Shown in pieces: positions 9,794 to 19,100 of a stretch of DNA of 64,000 bases. Each line of letters begins with the position of its first letter. The first letter of the stretch is position 1. Under the pieces are notes generated by a model. The model saw only the letters and a list, made by a program, of their open reading frames with translations, was not told the origin of the DNA and made no database searches. The DNA is from a virus. Both the position numbers and the translations under genes were made by a program. The stretch lies in IMG/VR virus record IMGVR_UViG_3300042542_003555, positions 32,001 through 96,000 of that record. One strand, written 5' to 3'.

Positions 9794-11014
9794 TTAGTAT
9801 TCTACGATGACTACACCTGATGCACCAGCGCCGCCACCAACAAGCGCAGCACCCGGAGGGTTTGCACCACCACCAGAACCACCACCACCATATTGTCTTC
9901 CGGCAAAACCGCCGGGACTATAACCCCCGGTCGATTTTGCTCCTGCCCCCAAATAGCTATCTCCTCCCGTAGGACCAGCCACACCTATTCCACCCGTGAA
10001 TGGAGCACCCCCACCCGCACCACCAGCGATGTTTAAATCACCACCAGATCCAATACCACCACAAGTGCCAGGGGCAGCAGATGGGCCGGAACTACCACCA
10101 GACCCTCCTGTTGCACTAACTGATGCTGGAGATCCGAATGATGATGTTCCACCTGCTCCGCCCGCACCTCCTGCTGGGCCCGCTGTTCCGGCAGCCCCAA
10201 CAGTTACTGGATATGGAGTTGCGGCAGAAACAGGAATTATCTTAATGGCAGCGCCGCCGGCACCTCCAGATGATCCGAAATAAGGATCACATCCAGGTTG
10301 ATGTCCGCCTGCTCCACCTCCCCCACCACCTACGACAGTTACTTTAATTTTTGTTGTAGAGGGTGGTGTAGTAAATGTTTGACCTGGTGTAGTTGAAGTA
10401 AAAGTTGTAATATTAGTAAACCCACCCGATGGAATTACACCTGGTGCAATCTGTGGTGCCGTAATTAATCCTGTAATCTGAGTGTTTGCAATACTCAATG
10501 CGGTCTGTGCAGTCCAATATGGTTTACCAGCACCCGCACTGGTCAATAAGTGACCTGTTGTTCCTACATCAGTATTGGATGTGGTGTTTGCTGCTGATTG
10601 ATAGATGACTGTACCTGCTGCACCTCCAGCAATATTTGCAATGGTGTTTACAGAATATGCGTAGACAGTAATAATATCATTTAATGCTGCTGCCGTAGAT
10701 AATGTAATACTTGTTCCGTTTGATGCTGTGAATTCTATCAGAGAATCAAGTAGAACACCATTGAGGAATACTTGTACATAACCAACAGTATAACTTACGC
10801 TAAACACGGTTTGTCCTGCTGTTGCAGTAAACTTTGTTTGTGTATAGGTTGTTGCTCCAACACCAGCACCAGCACCTGAAACTGTTGCAGCAGTCGCACT
10901 GGTAATTCTTCCTTGTGCGTCAATCGTAATAATAGGTACCAATGATGAAGAACCATAAGTATCAGCAACAACACCAGTGTTAGCTAGAACCGAACTTGTG
11001 ACTTTTGTTGTCAT
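9794..11014 (-). CDS. Tail fibre protein with Gly-rich C-terminal domain
   Basis: ITIDAQGRITSA fibre motif; C-terminal domain paralogous to 8627..9499 and 50087..50797. Confidence 0.7.
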   Translation of the reverse strand: MTTKVTSSVLANTGVVADTYGSSSLVPIITIDAQGRITSATAATVSGAGAGVGATTYTQTKFTATAGQTVFSVSYTVGYVQVFLNGVLLDSLIEFTASNGTSITLSTAAALNDIITVYAYSVNTIANIAGGAAGTVIYQSAANTTSNTDVGTTGHLLTSAGAGKPYWTAQTALSIANTQITGLITAPQIAPGVIPSGGFTNITTFTSTTPGQTFTTPPSTTKIKVTVVGGGGGGAGGHQPGCDPYFGSSGGAGGAAIKIIPVSAATPYPVTVGAAGTAGPAGGAGGAGGTSSFGSPASVSATGGSGGSSGPSAAPGTCGGIGSGGDLNIAGGAGGGAPFTGGIGVAGPTGGDSYLGAGAKSTGGYSPGGFAGRQYGGGGSGGGANPPGAALVGGGAGASGVVIVEY

Positions 11015-13677
11015 TTGTTATCACCCTTTAAACTGTCTATTTCTCGTTTTAATTCTTTAATCGCTTCAATTAATAATCCTACCATGTTTTGATACATGAT
11101 AGATTTTCCGTTTTCGTTTTCTGATACTAGATATGGTATAATCTTTTCAACATCTTGTGCTATCAGACCCATACCTTTATCACCAGTGTCTTTCCAGTTG
11201 TATTCAACACCTTTCAACTGCATTACAGTATTTAACGCATCTGCTATTTCTACTATATTTATTTTCTGATTTATATCAGATGTTGAAGTCATCACAGTAG
11301 ATGACAGAGTTCCTGTAGATGGAACATAAGTCAGTTTACTACTTGACGTATTAGCGATAGTTAGTACACCAGAAGTTTGTGATGTAAATGTAATATATCT
11401 GGTATCAGAACTTGCAGTTTCATCACTTAATCTTGGACCTACTAGACCAACAATGCCTGTGTTTGCGACAGAACCCGCAGATCCAGTTACACTAGCAGTA
11501 AATGTTACTCCAGAGTTTGCTTTGTTGCTGACATATGCCGTGGTAGCAATCTGTGTATTACTTACAGCAATGTCAGCAGTTGGTGCTAAAGGATATCCAA
11601 TAAATGTTGGAGATGCTAGTGTTGCTTTTCTGCTCTCTAAGTCATTGATTGCCAACTGAATTGTGTTAGCACCAGCATCAATACCACCTTGTGGTGAAGT
11701 AAATGCAATATTATTTGCATAGTATGGATTGTTAATGAATCCATCTACTTCAAGAAGAATAGCATCGTTGAGTGAAGGTGCTACTGTAAACGAAATCGTT
11801 GAGTTAGAAATATTTGCAGTATACTCAGATTCAAACTGTCTGACACCATTGATGTATGCTCTCAGTTGTGTTGCAGCAGAGAACGTTGGTGTCGTATAGG
11901 TTACTTGAGTACCTGATGCAGTATAGGACAGTCTTGTTGAGTTGATGGTTGTTCCTGGTGTTGCACCTCCACCACCTCCACCTCCACCGGCTGCCCAATA
12001 GTAGTTTCCAACACCACCAGTTGTTAACACATATCCCGCAACAGCACCAGACGGTAACAAATTGGTCAATGCACCTGTAGCAGAAGTTCCTCCAGTACCA
12101 CCTTGTGCTAATGCAAGAGGTGATGAAAGAGTTAAACTTGCAAATGTTGGTGAAGCTGTACTTCTTAAATCTTGTGATGTATTAACGGTTAGTACATTTG
12201 CAGTACCAGATATAGTAAGACCATTCCCGCTATTGAAAGAAATTACTCCATTACTTGCAACTGCAACACCAGACGTACCAACAAATGTTCCCCCACCAAT
12301 ATTTGCTCTGTTAAATGCTGCCTGTGCAAACACATTAACACTAGTAATATTAGTGTTAGTAGTAGTCATCTGTGCTTGTAGTGCTACAGTGTTACCTGAT
12401 GCTCCGCCGCCAGTGTTTGCTGTACTAAATGCTGCCTGAGCAAAAGTGTTTAATGCTGATATATTTGTGTTTTGGGTATTGTCTACACCTTGTAGATAAC
12501 TTAAAATAGTATTGGCTGCTTTTGAACTTGCAAGTGTCGATGAACTTGTAGAATTTGTAGAATCGCTGATCAGATTAGCGATAAGAATTCTAGAATAACC
12601 AAGAGTTGTTACATCCTTTACTTCCCAATAATCTTGAATTTCATTCCATCTAATTTCAGCATTAGCATTTCCTGGTCCTCTATATGAACCAAAAGTTCCG
12701 TTTTGTGGAACTGACGCATCAGCATTAATAGTTAAAGTATCTGAATTGTATACTGTGTCACCATTAACTACAAAGTTACCTTGAACAGAAATTGTGTTTG
12801 CTACAAGGCTGTCTACGTATATGTCTGATCCATTAGCATCGAGTGTATTCGATACAATAACATATGGACTTGTTACACTAGTATTTGCTATTAAATTGTT
12901 TGATCGTACATTACTTGATGCAGTAATTACAGGTGCCCAGATATATTGTCCAGCAGAAACATAATTGCTTCCGTATGCTGTTGTCGTTGTAAATGTTGTT
13001 GTGTTTACTGTAGAGTTAGCCTGAACTGCATTGATGTGTGCAGTACCACTTACTACTAATGTTGGTGATGTTAGTTCGGTATTTGCTTGTACTTTATCAC
13101 CCAACACATTTGCAGATGCAGTAACATCTTTAGAAACAACATGATTGGTTGTTCGAACAATCTGTGATGTTACATTTAGTCCAACAGTTAGATTGTTTGC
13201 AAAATTAACATTACCATTTTGAACATTTAATTTTAATGGTCCTGCTGTTGCTGAACCTATATAAACATTACCATTGGCATCAATAACTGTTGAGTTTGCT
13301 GGTGCTTGTCCTGATCCACCAGGTTGACTATTAATGCGTATCGCTAATCCGCTACCTGATTGTGTGATATTGACTACATTGTTGCTGTCATTGGCAATAA
13401 AATAATTGTTTGACGAACCAATAATCTGACCATCAATCTGCATATTCTTTTGAACATACAGAGAAGAACCAATACCAGAAATTTGCAGTTGACCTTGAAT
13501 AGTAGCATTGTTTGCTACTTGCAAACCAAGACTAGGAGAATTTAGAAATAAAGTTCCTGTTGGCTTGATAAAATTATTAGCTGCAAAATCATTGTTTTCT
13601 TGGGCCAGTTTGTTTGTTGTAACTACCCAATCACCAAATGTGTTTGCATAACTTAGTAGAGTAACGGTATTAGCCAT
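11011..13677 (-). CDS. Tail fibre protein with C-terminal S74-like chaperone
   Basis: SPTFIGYPLAPTA..NTQIATTAYV fibre motif; C-terminal LKGVEYNWKD..GLIAQDVE. Confidence 0.8.
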   Translation of the reverse strand: MANTVTLLSYANTFGDWVVTTNKLAQENNDFAANNFIKPTGTLFLNSPSLGLQVANNATIQGQLQISGIGSSLYVQKNMQIDGQIIGSSNNYFIANDSNNVVNITQSGSGLAIRINSQPGGSGQAPANSTVIDANGNVYIGSATAGPLKLNVQNGNVNFANNLTVGLNVTSQIVRTTNHVVSKDVTASANVLGDKVQANTELTSPTLVVSGTAHINAVQANSTVNTTTFTTTTAYGSNYVSAGQYIWAPVITASSNVRSNNLIANTSVTSPYVIVSNTLDANGSDIYVDSLVANTISVQGNFVVNGDTVYNSDTLTINADASVPQNGTFGSYRGPGNANAEIRWNEIQDYWEVKDVTTLGYSRILIANLISDSTNSTSSSTLASSKAANTILSYLQGVDNTQNTNISALNTFAQAAFSTANTGGGASGNTVALQAQMTTTNTNITSVNVFAQAAFNRANIGGGTFVGTSGVAVASNGVISFNSGNGLTISGTANVLTVNTSQDLRSTASPTFASLTLSSPLALAQGGTGGTSATGALTNLLPSGAVAGYVLTTGGVGNYYWAAGGGGGGGGATPGTTINSTRLSYTASGTQVTYTTPTFSAATQLRAYINGVRQFESEYTANISNSTISFTVAPSLNDAILLEVDGFINNPYYANNIAFTSPQGGIDAGANTIQLAINDLESRKATLASPTFIGYPLAPTADIAVSNTQIATTAYVSNKANSGVTFTASVTGSAGSVANTGIVGLVGPRLSDETASSDTRYITFTSQTSGVLTIANTSSSKLTYVPSTGTLSSTVMTSTSDINQKINIVEIADALNTVMQLKGVEYNWKDTGDKGMGLIAQDVEKIIPYLVSENENGKSIMYQNMVGLLIEAIKELKREIDSLKGDNK

Positions 13678-13900
13678 TTGAACCTTTTTCTAATAGTTTC
13701 AACATCAAAGATTTAATCTCTGTCATATCTTCTTTGATGCCAGCAATTTCTTCCTTTACTGTATTTATTTCTTCTTTTTGGGTCTTGAGCATACGTGCCT
13801 TAGCATAATATTCATTTCTGGCATCTTCGTCTGTGTTTATAATTGCCATACTTTTTGTGTCCCTAACATAATTTGTTCCAGTAACTCGTACCAGTGACAT
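13670..13900 (-). CDS. Small conserved coiled-coil protein
   Basis: VRDTKSMAIINTD...EIKSLM pattern usually found after the DUF4815 gene. Confidence 0.65.
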   Translation of the reverse strand: MSLVRVTGTNYVRDTKSMAIINTDEDARNEYYAKARMLKTQKEEINTVKEEIAGIKEDMTEIKSLMLKLLEKGSNG

Positions 13901-13901
13901 A

Positions 13902-16094
13902 TTAGATTCCTGTTCCTGATGGTAATGCTAACGCACGTAGGTCTGACAGATATGGTACTTTTGGACTATCATCTGATGCAAACACTACCTTGATAGCAAA
14001 TTGACTGAATTGTGTATAAGTTTTACCGTTTGTACTTTCATATGAAATAAAGTTATCTGCTACATTGTTTGTTCCTGGAGCAAATTCATATTCAATTAGG
14101 TTGTCTTTGGCTAATGAGTACACATTAGGATTACCAACTTGCGTCATCAGTTGCCAATAACCATCTTCAAACGGTTGTGTATCATCTCGGTTCAGAATCT
14201 TATAGTATACATAAATTCCTGTACCTAATGGTTTGTATGCTGTACAGAATACTCTCAAGTCGCCCGAATCGTTTCCTTGTGTCAATACAACTTTCTTAGT
14301 GAAATATCTTGCGAATGAGTTTCCACCACTACTTGAAGTTTCACCGTATACAACAACATTTGCTGGACTTGTGTTAGCACCTGTAATTGTAATGGTTGGT
14401 GTAGTGATATATCCTGATCCTTCATTGATCACATATACTGAAGAAATAACATCTGATGTTCCATTATTTGCAACTGTAAATCCTAAAGTTGCAGGATCGG
14501 AACCAATGTCTGGAGCACTAATAACGATTGATGTGTTTGCTGGGTCTGTGTATCCTGAACCTGTATTTGCTACGGAGATCACATTGTTTGATATACCCAT
14601 ATTGTTAATGATATTCTGCACACTATACACAGTAACACCATCATCTGAGATGATTGGGCTAACATTTGGATCGGTAGATGATAATGTTGCATACATTGAG
14701 AATGTATCATTGATTGTTTTAATCAATGCTCTTTGTCCTCTACCATCATCAAATGTAATATCATCTTGTGTTGGTGATCCTAGTTTACCGGGAGTTGCAG
14801 AGAATGGACCAATAGGAACATTTCCTTCAGCAAGAACCGCAGTATATGAATAATTAATATTTGTGCTAGTTGGTACAAAGTCTGTCGTTGTTAAGTTGAC
14901 AGCATCAGACCAGGTAGTTGTTCCAAAACTACCAAATAAGTTTGTCATATTGTTGGCATCAAGCTTATATTGAATATCTTGACTGCCAAGTTTTCTATAA
15001 GGTAATCCTTTTGGAATAGAAAACTGAATTGCTGGTGTGACAGAAGTATTGAATATGCACCTATCGATAACAAACATTAATTGCTTAGACTGATCTACTT
15101 GCCATGTGATAGAGTTTTGCGATTCAAACAAACCACCAACATATGGTGTCTGACCAATTTTTGATGTTTCGGTTGGGTTAGGATCAGTAGGCAGTGCTTT
15201 TGCTGTAGAAGGAACTGCTGTAGAATTCTGTTGAGCATAATATATGGTATAGTCAGCACTACTTGTTTCTAACATAAATGCATACAGAACATCGCCTTGA
15301 ATATAAACAGGAGCTTTAAATACAAACTCTGTATATGTCGATGCATCCAAATAATGAGGATTTTGTGATGTTACAACTTGATTTGCATTTAGTGTCACTG
15401 ATGAATAGTCTAATCTTTGCCCGTTTGGATATCCATTTAGTGTGCCAACGATTGATAATGTAACTGGAACATTAGTCGTTGGCTTAGAACGGAAAAACAC
15501 CTTTACTGAACGAAGAAAAATTCCATTAGGAAAGTTGCTCTTATTAACAATAAACGTTTGAGCAATAGGATCACGATAAGTAACAGTTTGTACAACTCTT
15601 GTTCTTACTAGCTGATTTTCTCTTTGAGATACTTGTACAAATGCACTTGCGGCTGAGTCAACAGATGGCGCAAACTCAAGTTTCTGTGATGTTGTTGCAA
15701 GACCTGATGCAGTGAAAGTTGCTTCAGCAAATGTAGTTGCTGTAGTGGGATCAGAAGAAACTAATCTATTGTCAACTCTAAAAACTCTATTTCCTGTTTG
15801 AAATATGCCGCCAGGAAGATTGAATATACCAACAAAATTTCCAGCTTCATCAGTTGAAAATTTAGATAGTGTATTTCCTTTTTGTATAGCATCAGCAATG
15901 GTTGTAATTTGATTACCATTGAAGTTATATTGTGATGTCACATCTCCAACTTTTGTATTATATCCTAATGATACATTAATAGGAGTATCAAGAGTTACAA
16001 TTTTGTTGATATGATCATATGCTGTAACAGTTGCAACATCAGTTGACGTTGATCCTATATACTCTGTTGGTTCTACTTTATATACGTAAGGCAT
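13902..16094 (-). CDS. C-terminal half of DUF4815/VrlC-like virion structural protein
   Basis: DPIAQTF, GLFESQNSITW and FAIKVV..P..SDLRALA motifs typical of the C-terminal part of this family. Confidence 0.75.
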   Translation of the reverse strand: MPYVYKVEPTEYIGSTSTDVATVTAYDHINKIVTLDTPINVSLGYNTKVGDVTSQYNFNGNQITTIADAIQKGNTLSKFSTDEAGNFVGIFNLPGGIFQTGNRVFRVDNRLVSSDPTTATTFAEATFTASGLATTSQKLEFAPSVDSAASAFVQVSQRENQLVRTRVVQTVTYRDPIAQTFIVNKSNFPNGIFLRSVKVFFRSKPTTNVPVTLSIVGTLNGYPNGQRLDYSSVTLNANQVVTSQNPHYLDASTYTEFVFKAPVYIQGDVLYAFMLETSSADYTIYYAQQNSTAVPSTAKALPTDPNPTETSKIGQTPYVGGLFESQNSITWQVDQSKQLMFVIDRCIFNTSVTPAIQFSIPKGLPYRKLGSQDIQYKLDANNMTNLFGSFGTTTWSDAVNLTTTDFVPTSTNINYSYTAVLAEGNVPIGPFSATPGKLGSPTQDDITFDDGRGQRALIKTINDTFSMYATLSSTDPNVSPIISDDGVTVYSVQNIINNMGISNNVISVANTGSGYTDPANTSIVISAPDIGSDPATLGFTVANNGTSDVISSVYVINEGSGYITTPTITITGANTSPANVVVYGETSSSGGNSFARYFTKKVVLTQGNDSGDLRVFCTAYKPLGTGIYVYYKILNRDDTQPFEDGYWQLMTQVGNPNVYSLAKDNLIEYEFAPGTNNVADNFISYESTNGKTYTQFSQFAIKVVFASDDSPKVPYLSDLRALALPSGTGI

Positions 16095-16117
16095 TTATTT
16101 TTCCAATAAAATAATAG

Positions 16118-19100
16118 TTATTTATTGTTAACAATACAAGCTAACTTTCCAAAAATCTTAAATAGTAGCATTACAGATTTTTGAGTGAACTTGCTTTCAT
16201 CATCTTTGAATGCTTTGATTAGAATCAAATTAACTAGCTTATTATCTAACTTACCAAAATAGTTGTTTAGTAGATAAGCACCATACACAGTATTCTTTCC
16301 AGCTTCTGTGAATTTAATCAGCAAATCGGATGCTCTTTCAGACGTTATGTATTCTCTCTCGGCCACTTTACGAAGAACACCACCTTCTCCTATAATGGAT
16401 GTTGTACCATACCCATTAACTTGATATGTACCATCTCCATCTACCCATAGATTGTATACGGGTTTGCCTTCTGCTGGAACAACATTGAATGGTTTGATTT
16501 GTTTTGTTCTACCTAACCAAGGATACGCTTCATAAATTTCATCCGAAATAGGACTACACAATTCACCATCAATATATAATGGGTGATTGATTGTTGCAAA
16601 TGGTTTCTCATCTTCTTTTACTGAATATAGTTGTTCAAATTTCGTATCAAGTGTTTTTTCAACGAAAGTAACTGTATTAACTTCTCTTTTCTTCCAATTG
16701 TATACTTTATCACCAACTTGAACTTCACTAATTTTCTTAGTTGAACCATCTGCAAGAAGCACTAAACTATCCTCAGTAAAACATCTTCCTCGGCGGCGTG
16801 GTGGTGGAGGAGGAACATATGTTGCTGTTTGAACTGTGTATGCAAATATGTATGTCGATGTAACACTAAGTTTCGTTCCTACATAATAGTTTGCAACATT
16901 AGATGCATTACCATCTAGTTTAACTTTTGTTACTCCAGTGAACCATGCTCCACCTTCAGGCATAACAACAACCTGAGCAACACTATCATAGTTTGTGTTT
17001 GGTGGACTTGTTGATTCAAATACAATTTCATCTGCGGCATTCTTAATAACAACAGCAATACCAGAAGGACCAGGAGATCCAGTTACAGACCAAGCAAGTG
17101 TTTTTGTTCCTAATGATGCTACGTTAAGGCTTGCTTGATTAACTGTTGTTGGGTTTGCAGCACCAGAAATGATTGTACTTCCATTTGATGTTAAGGTGTA
17201 CGCTCCAGATGACGAAACTTGAACTGTATATGTACCAGTATCTTCTGGAGTGATAGCAAAGGTTGCTGAGTATGATGCTGATGCATTTAAATCACCCCAA
17301 ATACCATATTGATTCAAGAACGTTCCCCATGCATGAGAGTTTTGAACTTTATAGAGTTGTAATCCACCAGTTATGGAGTTATTATAACTTCCACCAACAC
17401 CACTGAGCGTTCCTGATGTGGATAGTTTAGCAGTTGCCGCAGCAGTATTTAATGTTCCGCTTGCTGTTGATGATGTATATGTTCCACCAGAATTAAATAA
17501 CGCATTCTGGAAAGTGTTTGTTGGAACATATGATGGAGCACCTTGCAGCGTTGAAAGATATAATCTTACATTACTTGTGTTTGGATATTTGTATATCGAA
17601 ACAACACGTCCTGTTGCATTAAATGCGTTATTGTAATAGAATCCAACAATATCATCTTCATTAAATGTACCAGTTACACCAGTTAGTTCTAGTGTGTTTG
17701 GTGAAGTGAGATAATTATCAACACTAACTCCATCAAACCATGCAGAAACTGGAGTGTTAACTAATAATCCTTCTGCTCTGAATATTAACTGTTGTGGTCT
17801 AATATATGGTAAAACAGAGATATTTGTAATATAACCATTACCTAATCCAACAGTAGATGATACTTGTTGATAGTTACCAGCAGTAGTTATGGTTTGTAGT
17901 TGATCTTGGTATGATCGAGTTGTCGTTGTTGTAGTAACTGCTCTACCAGATGAAGATGTTGATGTTGAAACTATATCATATGATGTTCCAGGAATAGTTG
18001 TCCAATCACCAGCGTTTACAACATTGACTCCGTTTGTTTGTTGATATACTTCAGTACCTGGATTTACAATCAGCAACGAAGGTGCTTGACTATTGTCTAC
18101 CCAGTTATCCATAGGTGGAGTAATTCTCGCAACGCCTTGATATACAGCAACATTAAATGGATTCAGACTGATAGTTGAACTAGCAAGCGACTGAATAACC
18201 ACATTTGATGATGTATATGGTAGAGTAAAAATATTAGTTGATGTACCACCAATACTTGAAACCGCAATGTTGTTGAATGTTCGAAGTGTTCCCAGTGAAT
18301 TTAGAACAATTGGGTTTTGCAGTTGATAGTTATCAACAGTATTGATAGGACTTAATCTTCTTTTAGTCGTATTAATCTTTGCTGCGTAGTCAGGATTTGC
18401 TGTATCAGCAGCAGAGAAAGAAGAAAAATCATCTACCAAAATACCATTTTTAAATCTATTCAGTCCATTTACATCTGGCACTTGTAATGATTGTGCATTT
18501 GTTTCCAGTAAACTTAGAGAGGCATAGTATTCTAGATCGTTAACTCTTGTTTGCAGATCAGTGATATCTTTTTTGATCCAGTTCTTATTTAATACCTTTT
18601 CGATGGATAGGTTTGCTTGACCACCACCTGGTACCTCACCTGGAATATATGCTGTATATGGATCATAAGATAGATTTGCTAATACTAATGACCCATCTGG
18701 TTCTTTTGGTAACGTTGGGAATATAGATGGAGTTCCTTGTACCATCAAGAATGCTCTATCTTTTGTTAGAACAAGTTTATCTTTTCTTCCCAGATAATAA
18801 TCATAATCACTGACATATTCGCTTAGGTTTTCTGGAATTAAAATACCTGTATCATCTGCTGCTGGGTTACCGGTATAGTTGAATTCAAATGCTGCTTGTG
18901 CATTTTTTCTCACAGGTCTGAAATCAAGTGCATCGGCAAGACGATATACTGTTCCGTTTGTGCTGATATATGTAGAAATTTCTTGATATACTTCAGGTGA
19001 AGATGAGTTTGGTGCAAGGTATGAATTTACATCAAAGTATCCATCACCACCAGTATGTGAATAGTAATCAAATACAACTAGAATATTGCCTTTTGGTTTA

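Noticed and set aside
16397-16783. Canonical cis-splicing intein
   Set aside because: No terminal His-Asn and no endonuclease domain; the sequence after it is not the continuation of the host protein, which is in the next ORF
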